Of a stretch of 64,000 nt of DNA, positions 21,836-31,679 are shown piece after piece. A model generated the notes under the pieces. That model had not been told where the DNA came from and did no database searches. It was given only the letters and a program-made list of their open reading frames with translations. Every line of letters starts with the position of its first letter. Within the stretch, counting starts at the first letter, position 1. The stretch is from a virus: IMG/VR virus record IMGVR_UViG_3300013094_000026, positions 32,480-96,479 of that record; one strand, 5' to 3'. The position numbers and the translations under genes were made by a program.

Positions 21836-22379
21836 ACTTGCAAAACCTCGTGCAAATAAAGTTCTTGGTATAGATGCTAGTACAAATAGTATAGCTTTTT
21901 GCCTAATGGATGATAAAACTCCAATAAAATGGGGAGAAATTGTGTTTGACGGATCAGATGTTTATGAGAGAATTCTTGATGCAAAGAAAAAAGTAAAATC
22001 ATTTAAACAGTCATTAGACTATGATTTTGTTGTAATAGAGGCAGCAATTTCAGTTAGATCTGTACATACAGGGATGAAGATGGCATACGTTTTTGGTGCT
22101 ATAATGGGAGAGTTACTAAGTGATAATGTAGAAGTAGTTGAAGTTCATCCTATTACATGGCAATCATATCTTGGTAATAAAAATTTTACTAAGGCAGAAA
22201 AACAGGCGGTTAAAGATGAATTTCCAGGAAAATCTGAAAATTGGTACAAAGGAAAAATCAGAGAAATTAGAAAATCTAGGACAATTAACTTTGTTTCAAC
22301 ACTTGGAATTAACACTGAAAATGATAACGTCGCTGATTCGGCGGGGATAGCGTGGTATGCAGTAAATGAAATTGTGTGA
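21822..22379 (+). CDS. RuvC-like Holliday junction resolvase
   Basis: VLGIDAS, VVIE, DNVADSAGIA. Confidence 0.8.
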   Translation: MSLAKLAKPRANKVLGIDASTNSIAFCLMDDKTPIKWGEIVFDGSDVYERILDAKKKVKSFKQSLDYDFVVIEAAISVRSVHTGMKMAYVFGAIMGELLSDNVEVVEVHPITWQSYLGNKNFTKAEKQAVKDEFPGKSENWYKGKIREIRKSRTINFVSTLGINTENDNVADSAGIAWYAVNEIV

Positions 22380-22388
22380 GGAGGTATA

Positions 22389-22562
22389 ATGGCTAAAAGT
22401 ACAAAGCTTTGGGAAAGTAAAGACTGGATGTATAAAAGATATGTAGTTGAGAAGAAAACTGTTCTTCAAATGGCTATGGAAGCTAGATGCACTCATATGA
22501 CAATTCAAAGAGCATTAGAAAAGTTTGATTTAATTAAAAAACCTAGAAAGTGGACTAAGTAA
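22389..22562 (+). CDS. Small HTH protein (57 aa, MAKSTKLWESKDW...), not in ORF track
   Basis: GGAGG SD; KTVLQMAMEARCTHMTIQRAL HTH. Confidence 0.7.
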   Translation: MAKSTKLWESKDWMYKRYVVEKKTVLQMAMEARCTHMTIQRALEKFDLIKKPRKWTK

Positions 22563-23089
22563 TGCCTTATTCAGATCCAGATAATAAACCTTGGACTACA
22601 GAAAAAATAAAAGAAATTAATCCAAAAACAGTGCTTGACGTAGGTGCAGGTGCTGGAGTGTATCTAGATATTATAAAAAATAATTTGGAAAATGATGTTT
22701 CTGTAGAAGCAGTAGAAATTTGGGAACCTTATATAAAAGAGTTTAATCTTGAATCAAAATACAATATTGTATGGAACAAAGATGTTAGATTATTTAAAGA
22801 ATTTTCTTATGATCTTGTTATTTTTGGAGATATCATGGAGCATATGACCAAAGAAGATGCTGTCAAATTATGGGATAATGTTTCAAAAACTGCGGGATCA
22901 GCTATTATATCAATTCCAATTGTTCATTATCCACAAGGACATGAGCATGGTAATCCATATGAAGAACATGTTAAAGACGATTGGACAACTCAAGAGGTTC
23001 TTGATACATTTAGCAATATAACTGAATACAAAGAATTTGATGTGACAGGCGTTTTTATAGCGAGGTTTAATAATGATATTAAGTCATAA
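22562..23089 (+). CDS. Class I SAM-dependent methyltransferase
   Basis: VLDVGAGAG, DLVIFGDIMEH. Confidence 0.85.
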   Translation: MPYSDPDNKPWTTEKIKEINPKTVLDVGAGAGVYLDIIKNNLENDVSVEAVEIWEPYIKEFNLESKYNIVWNKDVRLFKEFSYDLVIFGDIMEHMTKEDAVKLWDNVSKTAGSAIISIPIVHYPQGHEHGNPYEEHVKDDWTTQEVLDTFSNITEYKEFDVTGVFIARFNNDIKS

Positions 23090-23768
23090 GATATTTCATT
23101 TAAAAGATGCTGTAGAGCGTGAAGAATATTTTAATAATATAAATAGCTATTTAAATAATTACTCACAGGAATTAAATTCAAAATCTATCAAAATCTCAAA
23201 TGATGAAGAGCTTAATGAATTTGTTAAAAATAATCCCGATTTTAATCTTAATTTAAATGGTTATAATCTTGATAATATACAGGGATGGCGTTATGGTGAA
23301 ATTGGAGTATGGGCTAGTAACTTTTTAGCATGGAAAAAGTTCTTGACAACACAATCTGATTATGCTATTCTTATGGAAGATGATATTTTGTTTGAAGAAA
23401 ACTTTATACCATTATTGAAAGAATATATGGAAGAGTTACCCCCAAACTGGGATGCTTTCTTTTTTGCAGTACCTTCAGGACAATTTCATAAATACGGCAG
23501 TCATTTAGAAATAGGTAAAAAAAATATTTGTAAAGTATATCAAGATCATTGGATGTTATGCTATGTTTTAAGCAGACAAGGTGCTGAAAAAGCATTAAAT
23601 ATCGTTTCTAATGGTGTAAATTTGCCTCTAGATTGGTTCTTTTTTAGACAAAAACATATATTTAACTCTTATTCAATTAAACCAGAAGTAAAAAGTGCAG
23701 TTTCAGGATCTCCAACTGAGACAACTTTTCAAAACCAAGAAAGAAAGATAATGAAAATTGATTCCTAA
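23073..23768 (+). CDS. Glycosyltransferase family 25-like
   Basis: GEIGVWASN...W, ILMEDD, YVLSRQGA, PLD. Confidence 0.75.
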   Translation: MILSHKIFHLKDAVEREEYFNNINSYLNNYSQELNSKSIKISNDEELNEFVKNNPDFNLNLNGYNLDNIQGWRYGEIGVWASNFLAWKKFLTTQSDYAILMEDDILFEENFIPLLKEYMEELPPNWDAFFFAVPSGQFHKYGSHLEIGKKNICKVYQDHWMLCYVLSRQGAEKALNIVSNGVNLPLDWFFFRQKHIFNSYSIKPEVKSAVSGSPTETTFQNQERKIMKIDS

Positions 23769-24516
23769 AATTATTTGGCAAACTTATAAGGATCCACGTT
23801 TGTCTCTTGAGTCATACATGTATGAAGCATCAGAAACATGGAAAGCTAAAAATCCAGATTATGAGTATAGATATATGGATGATGATGAAGCTGCAAAATT
23901 TGTTAAGGATGAATATGGTGATGAAATGCATCAATTATTTATCAATGTGCCTGTAGGTGTGATGCGTGGAGATATGTGGCGTTATCTTGTTGTGTATAAG
24001 TATGGCGGGATTTATGCAGATCTTGACACACTATGCCTTAAGCCAATTGATACTTGGATTAAAGAAGGTAAAGATTTTATAGTATGTCCAGAGCATCAAG
24101 ATCATTTTTGTCAATGGACATTTGCTGCAAGTGCAGGACATCCAATATTAAAAACAGTAATTGATCTGATGGTTGAAAGATTAAAAAATGCTGATTACAC
24201 AATGCCACATTTTGTACATTATTTGACAGGTCCAGGAATGTGGACTTCGGCTATATGTAATCATCTTGAAATTCCAAATAATGATCCTTACGGTAGAGCA
24301 CAGATACAAGATAATACACAAGGATTAGTTCTTGATATGTCTGATTTTAATTTAAGTTATTCAGCAGTAATTAATAAATTTTATTGTTATGCTGGAAGTG
24401 AATGGAGAATATTCCATTATGAAGCAGTTAAACATCTATATGGTAGTCAAAATTGGAACACAGGTTATGTAAAATGGATTGAAGATCCCTTAACAAAAGG
24501 TAGTAGAAATGCTTAG
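23758..24516 (+). CDS. Glycosyltransferase family 32 (DXD, OCH1-like)
   Basis: IPKIIWQT, DMWRYLVVYKYGGIYADLD, TGPG. Confidence 0.88.
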   Translation: MIPKIIWQTYKDPRLSLESYMYEASETWKAKNPDYEYRYMDDDEAAKFVKDEYGDEMHQLFINVPVGVMRGDMWRYLVVYKYGGIYADLDTLCLKPIDTWIKEGKDFIVCPEHQDHFCQWTFAASAGHPILKTVIDLMVERLKNADYTMPHFVHYLTGPGMWTSAICNHLEIPNNDPYGRAQIQDNTQGLVLDMSDFNLSYSAVINKFYCYAGSEWRIFHYEAVKHLYGSQNWNTGYVKWIEDPLTKGSRNA

Positions 24517-24850
24517 ACCAGTATATAAAGATACAGATCATTTTGATTGTACAGATTTATTGATGCATTCAATTGGAGCACCATCTGGTAAAAAAATTTG
24601 GGATGCATGCCATGAGATTGCACATCTATTAATAGATAAAAATATATCCTATGGAGATTCAGCTTTATCTCCAAATAGAATATTTGCACAATCTGATAAT
24701 ATTGAACAGTTAAAAGTAAGAATTGATGATAAGTTAAATAGAGTAAAAAATAACCAAGGATATGCGGGAGACAATGATGTTGATGATTTGATTGGTTATT
24801 TAATCTTACTTAAAATTGCAATTGACAATGATAAAGAGAAAGAGGTATAA
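24509..24850 (+). CDS. Nucleotide-modification-associated domain protein
   Basis: KNISYGDSA...RIDDKLNR...DLIGYL pattern. Confidence 0.6.
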   Translation: MLRPVYKDTDHFDCTDLLMHSIGAPSGKKIWDACHEIAHLLIDKNISYGDSALSPNRIFAQSDNIEQLKVRIDDKLNRVKNNQGYAGDNDVDDLIGYLILLKIAIDNDKEKEV

Positions 24851-24856
24851 TTAAGT

Positions 24857-25033
24857 ATGCCAACTTACGGATATGCTTGTATAGAATGTGATGAATCAGT
24901 AGAGGTTAATAGAGGAATTACTGAAAAAGAATTAATTCCCCCCTGCCCTAAATGTGGATATGCTATGTCAAAAGTTTTTGGCACTCCAGCTATACAATTT
25001 AAAGGCGGAGGATACTACAGTACAGGTGGCTAA
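24857..25033 (+). CDS. FmdB-family zinc-ribbon protein (58 aa), not in ORF track
   Basis: MPTYGYACIEC...CPKCG...IQFKGGGYYST. Confidence 0.85.
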   Translation: MPTYGYACIECDESVEVNRGITEKELIPPCPKCGYAMSKVFGTPAIQFKGGGYYSTGG

Positions 25034-25034
25034 C

Positions 25035-25559
25035 ATGGGCGAAGTAGAAGTTGCTGGTCAATTTGACCAGATGAATAAAGTTATTGAAGAGCTACTTAAA
25101 GGTAGTACTCCTTCACAGATTGCCCGTTCTCTTGAGTTAACTCGTGTTCAAGTTGATAACCATATTAAAACTTGGAAAGAATTTGTTCAAGATAATAGTG
25201 CTATTAAGGCACGTGCAAAAGAAGCACTGGCAGGAGCAGATGAGCATTATAGCATGTTGATAAAAGAAGCTTGGCGTACAGTAGAGCAAGCAGATGTTCA
25301 AGATGCACTTAATGTTAAAGCACAATCTCTTAAGTTAATTGCTGATATTGAAGCTAAACGTATTGATATGTTGAACAAGGCGGGAGTCTTGGAAAATAAT
25401 GATATGGCAGATCAAATATTAGAATCAGAAAGAAAACAAGAAGTTCTTGTATCTATTCTTAGAGATGTAACATCATCATGTGATCATTGTAAATGGGAAG
25501 TAGCAAAAAGACTTCAAGAAGTAACTGGACAAGTTGAGGCTGTTGTAATAGATGAATGA
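25035..25559 (+). CDS. Probable terminase small subunit (HTH + coiled coil)
   Basis: N-terminal HTH; directly upstream of large terminase; start moved to ATG 25035. Confidence 0.6.
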   Translation: MGEVEVAGQFDQMNKVIEELLKGSTPSQIARSLELTRVQVDNHIKTWKEFVQDNSAIKARAKEALAGADEHYSMLIKEAWRTVEQADVQDALNVKAQSLKLIADIEAKRIDMLNKAGVLENNDMADQILESERKQEVLVSILRDVTSSCDHCKWEVAKRLQEVTGQVEAVVIDE

Positions 25560-27393
25560 TTTTAATGTATTTTTAGATGCATTAAGCGGGGATGAGTTTG
25601 ATGAAACTCCAGCCTCTTTAGAAGATTTTGTTACAAAGAAAGAGTATCTTGGCTTACCACCATTATCTGAATTACAGTATACAATGATTAAAGCATCAAC
25701 TCAAATCTATAAACGTGAAACATTACTTAAAATTTATGGTGAAGTTGAAGGCGAAAAAATATTTAAACAAACATGTAATGAAGTTATTCTTCAACTTGGC
25801 AAAGGTTCTGGAAAAGACTATACATCTACTATTGCTTGTTCTTATATGGTACATATGCTTCTATGCTTGAAAGATCCAGCAAAGTATTATGGTAAACCAC
25901 CAGGAGATGCTATTGATATTATTAACATTGCTATCAACGCTGTTCAGGCAAACCGAGTTTTCTTTAAAGGCTTTAACCAGCGTATTGAAAAGTCACCTTG
26001 GTTCCAAGGTAGATATATTGCTAAAGCAAATATGGTTGAGTTTGATAAAGGCGTAACAGTTCACTCAGGTCACTCAGAGTCAGAGGCGTGGGAAGGTTAT
26101 AACGTTATTGCTGTTATTCTTGATGAAATTTCTGGCTTTGAATTGGAATCAACATCAGGCCATCAAAATGCAAAGACTGCATCATCTATTTATAAAATGT
26201 ATAAGGGATCTATTACATCTCGTTTTCCAGATTTTGGAAAACTTGTTTTACTTTCATTCCCACGTTTTAAAAATGACTATATTCAGCAAAGATATAATGA
26301 ATCAATTGCAGAAAAAGAAGTTGTATTAAGACATCATAAGTTTAAAGTAGATCCAGATTTGCCTGATGGAACGACTGGTAATGAATTTGAAGTTGAGTGG
26401 GAAGAAGATCATATTGTCTCATATAAGATGCCAAAAATATTTGCATTAAAAAGACCAACGTGGGAAGTTAATCCCACAAGAAGAATTGAAGATTTTACAG
26501 AAGCATTTTATACAGATCCTACAGATGCATTAATGCGTTTTGCATGTATGCCACCAGATGCTACAGATGCTTTCTTTAAAAATCGTGCTGTAATTGAAAA
26601 AGCATTTAGTAATCATAAATTAAATGTAGATGAATATGGAAGATTTGATGATACATTTAAACCTGATCCAGATAAAACATATTTTATGCATGTGGACTTG
26701 GCTCAAAAGCATGACCATTGTGCAGTAGCTTTAGCACATGTTGATGGCTGGGTGACAATGAAAATTGGTGAAAATTATAAACAAGCAGCACCTAGAGTTA
26801 TAGTAGATGCAGTAAGATATTGGACTCCAACTGCATCAAAATCAGTTGACTTTACAGAAGTAAAAGAATATATTTTATCTATTCGTGAAAGAAATTTCAA
26901 TCTTAAATTGGTTACATTTGACCGTTGGAATTCACATGATATGATGCAACAACTTGGTGTTAATGGTATTAAGACAGAAATTTTGTCTGTTGCTAAAAAA
27001 CACTATGAGGATATGTCTCTTACTTTAACTGAAGAAAGATTACATGGTCCAAAAATTCAATTATTGATTGATGAATTACTTCAATTGCGTATTATTAAAG
27101 ATAAGGTAGATCATCCAAGAAAAGGTTCTAAAGACTTATCTGATGCGGTTTGCGGGGCAGTATATAATTCCATAGCATTAACTCCACCAGATAGAGATAG
27201 AGAAGTAGAAGTGTATAGTTATTCTGGGGTATTTGCAGATGAACTTGCACAATTAAAAAAAGAATCAGATTCAAGAATGAAAAATACTATTAAGTTACCA
27301 GAAAAGCGGGTAATGCCCACAGATTTAAGAGATTTCTTTGATGATGATGATAGTGAATACAAAGATATAGTTGACAATTTCAGACTACTCTAG
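25552..27393 (+). CDS. terL: Terminase large subunit
   Basis: Walker A GKGSGKD, Walker B VILDE, nuclease HVDLA...KDLSDAV. Confidence 0.9.
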   Translation: MNDFNVFLDALSGDEFDETPASLEDFVTKKEYLGLPPLSELQYTMIKASTQIYKRETLLKIYGEVEGEKIFKQTCNEVILQLGKGSGKDYTSTIACSYMVHMLLCLKDPAKYYGKPPGDAIDIINIAINAVQANRVFFKGFNQRIEKSPWFQGRYIAKANMVEFDKGVTVHSGHSESEAWEGYNVIAVILDEISGFELESTSGHQNAKTASSIYKMYKGSITSRFPDFGKLVLLSFPRFKNDYIQQRYNESIAEKEVVLRHHKFKVDPDLPDGTTGNEFEVEWEEDHIVSYKMPKIFALKRPTWEVNPTRRIEDFTEAFYTDPTDALMRFACMPPDATDAFFKNRAVIEKAFSNHKLNVDEYGRFDDTFKPDPDKTYFMHVDLAQKHDHCAVALAHVDGWVTMKIGENYKQAAPRVIVDAVRYWTPTASKSVDFTEVKEYILSIRERNFNLKLVTFDRWNSHDMMQQLGVNGIKTEILSVAKKHYEDMSLTLTEERLHGPKIQLLIDELLQLRIIKDKVDHPRKGSKDLSDAVCGAVYNSIALTPPDRDREVEVYSYSGVFADELAQLKKESDSRMKNTIKLPEKRVMPTDLRDFFDDDDSEYKDIVDNFRLL

Positions 27394-27427
27394 TAGAATG
27401 TCAATTACAACAAACAAAGGATAATAA

Positions 27428-27715
27428 ATGTTAGCAGATGGCACACTATCTACAATTGAAAATGAAGATGATATTTATATTAGTTTAACGCAACTTTGTG
27501 AATATTTCACAACTGCATCAATTAATATTAAAAGAGAAATTAATAATGTGCATCCATCAGACAGAAAATATGCAGCAGGTATGCAGGATATGATGTTTAC
27601 AATTGCACAAGAATTACTTGAATTAGGTAAATTTGAAGCACAACGCAGAATGATTGATAGTCCAGAAGATTTATTGAAAATGATTGACAAAAGTAAAGGC
27701 AATAGTGTAGAATAA
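27428..27715 (+). CDS. Hypothetical protein
   Basis: AAAGGA SD. Confidence 0.65.
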   Translation: MLADGTLSTIENEDDIYISLTQLCEYFTTASINIKREINNVHPSDRKYAAGMQDMMFTIAQELLELGKFEAQRRMIDSPEDLLKMIDKSKGNSVE

Positions 27716-27723
27716 TGAAGTAG

Positions 27724-27794
27724 TCCCCGATAGTTTATTGGCAAAACCTACGACTGTTAATCGTAAGAGCTTGGATCGTTACCAGGTCGGGGAG
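27724..27794 (+). tRNA. tRNA-Asn (GTT)
   Basis: TCCCCGA/TCGGGGA acceptor; TACGA-CTGTTAA-TCGTA; atypical T loop. Confidence 0.75.
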
Positions 27795-27831
27795 CTAGAA
27801 ATTATTAACCAACTAACAGAAAGAGTATAAT

Positions 27832-28077
27832 ATGAATATGACAGCAGAAGAATCAGTTGAAGTTGTTAAAAAAGAATATGTACTTGGTCCAATTAATCGT
27901 TGTGACTCATGTTCTGCAGAAGCACTTGTTTGGTTAAAAGGTGTTTCAGGAGAACTAATGTTCTGCGGTCATCACTATGCTAAGCATGAAGAAGCATTAA
28001 AAGATTTTGCTTATGAGATTGTTGATGAAAGAAGCAAATTAATTCAGGATAGAATCAAAGACGAAGATTACGTCTAA
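27832..28077 (+). CDS. Small actinobacterial-type Cys/His protein
   Basis: RCDSC...LMFCGHH. Confidence 0.7.
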   Translation: MNMTAEESVEVVKKEYVLGPINRCDSCSAEALVWLKGVSGELMFCGHHYAKHEEALKDFAYEIVDERSKLIQDRIKDEDYV

Positions 28078-28084
28078 TAACAAT

Positions 28085-28161
28085 GGAGCAATAGCTCAGT
28101 TGGTTAGAGCCCCCGACTCATAATCGGGTCGTCGTAGGTTCAAGTCCTACTTGCTCCACCA
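28085..28161 (+). tRNA. tRNA with CAT anticodon (Ile2-like or Met), CCA encoded
   Basis: GGAGCAA/TTGCTCC; CCCGA-CTCATAA-TCGGG; GGTTCAAGTCC. Confidence 0.92.
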
Positions 28162-28162
28162 A

Positions 28163-28236
28163 GGTTCCATAGATCAATTGGTTAGATCACTGCCCTGTCA
28201 CGGCAGAGGTTACGGGTTCAAGTCCCGTTGGAATCG
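28163..28236 (+). tRNA. tRNA-Asp (GTC)
   Basis: CTGCC-CTGTCAC-GGCAG; GGTTCAAGTCC. Confidence 0.92.
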
Positions 28237-28239
28237 CAA

Positions 28240-28352
28240 GGGTTACACACCACATCTTAGGATGATTATAGTTACATATATACCCTGTGTGTGTTCACGT
28301 TGATGTAGAGATAGGGCAGACCATTCTCGCAGGCGGGAATTGTGTGTAACCC
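28240..28352 (+). ncRNA. Unidentified ~113-nt structured RNA inside tRNA cluster
   Basis: 11-bp terminal stem GGGTTACACAC/GTGTGTAACCC enclosing three hairpins; no ORF. Confidence 0.55.
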
Positions 28353-28359
28353 CCTTATT

Positions 28360-28452
28360 GGAAAAATGGCAGAGTGGTCTATTGCAGGGGATTGCTAATC
28401 CCCCGTAGAAATTATGTTTCTACCGTAGGTTCAAATCCTACTTTTTCCGCCA
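28360..28452 (+). tRNA. tRNA-Ser (GCT), long variable arm, CCA encoded
   Basis: GGGGA-TTGCTAA-TCCCC; variable arm GTAGAAA/TTTCTAC. Confidence 0.92.
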
Positions 28453-28453
28453 A

Positions 28454-28534
28454 GCTGTATAGGTCCCAAGGTGGGGCAGGGGACTGTAAATCCTCCGTTT
28501 TATAACATGCTTGGTTCAATTCCAAGATACAGCA
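28454..28534 (+). tRNA. tRNA-Tyr (GTA)
   Basis: GCTGTAT/ATACAGC; GGGGA-CTGTAAA-TCCTC; GGTTCAATTCC. Confidence 0.85.
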
Positions 28535-28558
28535 CAAATAATATATAATTAATCTATA

Positions 28559-29242
28559 ATGAATAAATTAGATAATTTACCACCTATTTATATAATTAAT
28601 TTACAAAGAAGATCAGATCGTCGTTCTCATATTTTGGATAATCTTTTAAAATATGGAATTCAAAGGTATGTTTTTATAAATGCTATTGATTATCAAAAAG
28701 ATAATCTTGAAAATATGGTTAATAATAAAATTTTAATAAAAAATAGTGAACTTGCTTGCACACTTTCACATTTTAAAGCTATAGAGCACTGGCTTAAAAC
28801 TAGTGATTTTGAATATGCAATAATAGCTGAAGACGATTTATGTTTTGATACTGTTGATTATTGGAATTTAACTTGGGAACAATATATAAAAAAAATAGAT
28901 TTTGACTTTGATATCCTTCAGTTGGTTATATACAATATGGATAATGATTTTAAAGTGGATCTTCATAAAAGACAAAAAAATGATCAATCAACAGCAGCTT
29001 ATTTAATTAAAAGAGATCATGCTGAAAAAATGTTAAATAAATTTATTATAAATAATAAATATAGTTTTCCTGATTATTGTGTTGCAGATCATTTTTTATA
29101 TAATGAAGGTGAAGTTTATGCTGCGGGACTTTTTGTAATTGATGAAAGATCAATTAAATCAGATATAAATCCAGAATATGAAGAAAGACAACTTGTTATG
29201 AGGAATAAAGTGCTTGACTATTGGAAACAAAGTGCTAAATAA
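28559..29242 (+). CDS. Glycosyltransferase family 25
   Basis: IYIINLQRRSDRR, ELACTLSHFKA, IAEDD, STAAYLI. Confidence 0.88.
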   Translation: MNKLDNLPPIYIINLQRRSDRRSHILDNLLKYGIQRYVFINAIDYQKDNLENMVNNKILIKNSELACTLSHFKAIEHWLKTSDFEYAIIAEDDLCFDTVDYWNLTWEQYIKKIDFDFDILQLVIYNMDNDFKVDLHKRQKNDQSTAAYLIKRDHAEKMLNKFIINNKYSFPDYCVADHFLYNEGEVYAAGLFVIDERSIKSDINPEYEERQLVMRNKVLDYWKQSAK

Positions 29243-29270
29243 ATTAATTTTAAGGTATAATTAAACTATT

Positions 29271-29792
29271 ATGACAGATGCCCATGATGTAAATATGACT
29301 TTTTCAATTCTGGCACATATTCCAGAACATGATCCACGAGAAAAAGATCCAAATTATAAATATTTCATCGCAGCTAAAAAGAAAATTAAAAAGCTGGGAC
29401 TTTGGAAATGTGCTATTAGTGATGATCTATGTGGTGGACAAATGGAATTACATCACACACATGTTGAATTTAGTCAATTGCCAAATGCTGATAAAACTAA
29501 AGTAGAACAATATTTTGGCTTACATTTTACAGATGATGATGAATTTCAACAATGGTTGGAAAGTCCAGGAAATCTAGAAGTATTATGCACAAATCATCAT
29601 AGAACACATTATGGAATTCATACATTGCCACATGCTCTTTGGGAGTCCCTCCGATTTAGAAAAACGGGTACTTTACCAGCAGCAGAGGTAGTCTCAAATA
29701 AACCTAAGAATATTAAGATTAGTGATATAATTAATACAGGCAATAAACAAGGAGAAAATAATGGCAATAGCACATCAAATAGTGGCTCTTAA
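29271..29792 (+). CDS. HNH-like nuclease-fold protein
   Basis: C-x6-C, ELHH, NLEVLCTNHH...GIH. Confidence 0.55.
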   Translation: MTDAHDVNMTFSILAHIPEHDPREKDPNYKYFIAAKKKIKKLGLWKCAISDDLCGGQMELHHTHVEFSQLPNADKTKVEQYFGLHFTDDDEFQQWLESPGNLEVLCTNHHRTHYGIHTLPHALWESLRFRKTGTLPAAEVVSNKPKNIKISDIINTGNKQGENNGNSTSNSGS

Positions 29793-30048
29793 TGCTACTA
29801 CACCAACATTAGTAAGTATTCCGTTAGCAAATGAAGTTGCGTATGAAAGCAAAGCTTCAATTTCTGTACAAAATTTAGACCCAGCAATTATTGTATATTT
29901 AGGGTCATCTTCAGTTACTACATCATCTTACGGCTTTGCTCTTTTAGCAGGTCAAACATATACAATAGATTTACTTGCTTCCGATCAACTTTACGCAATT
30001 GCAGCATCTGGAACTCCAAACGTCGCAGTATTAGCGGCAGAGGTTTAA
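29761..30048 (+). CDS. Small beta-rich putative virion protein
   Basis: ISVQN...IVYLG...GFALLAG...LYAIA pattern; GGAG SD. Confidence 0.5.
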   Translation: MAIAHQIVALNATTPTLVSIPLANEVAYESKASISVQNLDPAIIVYLGSSSVTTSSYGFALLAGQTYTIDLLASDQLYAIAASGTPNVAVLAAEV

Positions 30049-30049
30049 T

Positions 30050-30547
30050 ATGAGCATTAAAGTTTCAACAGTTCCCGCTCAAATTCTTTATTACGGAAAC
30101 TTTGCACTTTCAACAAGTATGCCATCTGGTGGTACAACATCAGATAACGTTATAACTTGGGACACAACAAATCTTTCAAAAGGTATGTCAATTAGCGGTA
30201 CTGATGCCACAAAAATTACTTTTCAAGTTCCAGGGACATACAACCTTAACTTTTTAGGTCAATTTAACTTTACTGGTGGAGCATCTAATTACAATATTAC
30301 AACTTGGTTTTCTAAAAATGGTGTACAGGTCCCATCATCTTCTTTTACATTTACAACTACAAGTGCTCAAGGTTCACAGGTATTGGCAAATATTGAATCA
30401 CCAATTATTGTTAATGCAGGAGATTATATTCAATTTCATTGGTGGTCAGGTGCAGCGGGAATGTCATTATTGGCTACAGCAGCAGGAACAAATCCAACAA
30501 GACCAGCATCACCAAGTGCGAATCTAACAATTTATAACGTAGGATAG
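30050..30547 (+). CDS. C1q/BclA-like beta-sandwich putative virion protein
   Basis: ITFQVPGTYNLNF...NAGDYIQF pattern. Confidence 0.5.
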   Translation: MSIKVSTVPAQILYYGNFALSTSMPSGGTTSDNVITWDTTNLSKGMSISGTDATKITFQVPGTYNLNFLGQFNFTGGASNYNITTWFSKNGVQVPSSSFTFTTTSAQGSQVLANIESPIIVNAGDYIQFHWWSGAAGMSLLATAAGTNPTRPASPSANLTIYNVG

Positions 30548-30554
30548 GGAAAAT

Positions 30555-31679
30555 ATGCCATATCATATTGAACGTGAAGGTAATAAATTTAAAGTTGTTG
30601 TAGATGCAACAGGACGGGTTGTGGGAACACACCCGTCCAAAGCACAAGCACAAGCACAACTTGGAGCACTGTATGCAAATGTTCCAGATGCTAGTATTAA
30701 AAAAGAGCGTGGAACAATTGCAGGAGATTCATCAGTTAATTCTGGTCGCATAAGCGGTGGAGTTGGTTGGAAAATTGAATTCAATACACCAGATTGCCAA
30801 CATGGTTGGTCAGTGATTAAAGTAGGATCAGGACAATCAATAGGTTGTTTCTTTAAAGAAGAAGATGCAAAAGCAGCATTGGAGGCATTAGCAGTGACAG
30901 AACCAGTTGTAAAAGCAGAAGGTGGATATAAGCCAACTTCAGGAATGAAATCAGCAGCAGCAAAAGCTATTAAATGGAAAGAAGAAGGTAAGGCAAATGG
31001 AGCAGGAACCAACGTAGGTTGGACTCGTGCACATCAAATTGTAAATGGTGAGTCATTATCTCTTGATACTGTTAAGCGTATGTATTCTTTCTTTTCCCGC
31101 CATGAAGTTGATAAGCAGGGTAAAGAATGGGATAAGCCATCACATGGTAAGGTAATGTGGTATGCATGGGGCGGGGATGCAGGATATTCTTGGTCTCGTG
31201 ATATTGTAGAAAGAGCAAATAAAGTAGAAAAAGGTGAAGCATCATGGGATGGTGTATTTGCCCCTGTAAAATTAGAAAAGAATTATGTCCGTAAATGCAT
31301 GACATGTGGATGTGATGATTTAGGTAATGATCATCATTATATCTCAGATACAGAAAAATGTATGTATTGCATGAGCAAAGGTCAAGGACCATGTTGGGAC
31401 GGTTATGCATATGCTGGAACAAAAGAAGATGAAAATGGCAAGACAGTTCCTAATTGCATTCCAGTAAAAAAAGATGATGCATCTGGACAAGTTAATCAGA
31501 ATAAACAAGAAGGCATTGGAGCATTTAGTTTCTGGAATGGTTCATTTGGTCCAGTTATGGGTCTTCAGAATGGTGATGCTGGTTGGAAATCAACTTATAA
31601 TTCTCCTCCACAAAATGATGGAAAACAGTCTGTAGGTTATGGAAACCATAGCGATCCAAAAGGTCGCAGTAATCAGTAA
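30555..31679 (+). CDS. Modular polyprotein, probable internal head protein
   Basis: Chain of small modules separated by hydrophobic-x-K sites; WxGxFxP twice. Confidence 0.55.
   Translation: MPYHIEREGNKFKVVVDATGRVVGTHPSKAQAQAQLGALYANVPDASIKKERGTIAGDSSVNSGRISGGVGWKIEFNTPDCQHGWSVIKVGSGQSIGCFFKEEDAKAALEALAVTEPVVKAEGGYKPTSGMKSAAAKAIKWKEEGKANGAGTNVGWTRAHQIVNGESLSLDTVKRMYSFFSRHEVDKQGKEWDKPSHGKVMWYAWGGDAGYSWSRDIVERANKVEKGEASWDGVFAPVKLEKNYVRKCMTCGCDDLGNDHHYISDTEKCMYCMSKGQGPCWDGYAYAGTKEDENGKTVPNCIPVKKDDASGQVNQNKQEGIGAFSFWNGSFGPVMGLQNGDAGWKSTYNSPPQNDGKQSVGYGNHSDPKGRSNQ

Noticed and set aside
24954-25034. N-terminal 27 aa of ORF 24954-25559
   Set aside because: Overlaps the FmdB-like gene; ATG 25035 is the more plausible start
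10985-27393. Inteins or introns in DnaB, DnaE, RecA or TerL
   Set aside because: Lengths are normal, frames are continuous and there are no intein splice motifs
28240-28352. tRNA-associated HDV-like (theta) or hammerhead ribozyme
   Set aside because: The 5' end pairs with the 3' end rather than forming a nested double pseudoknot; no CUGAnGA/GAAA core
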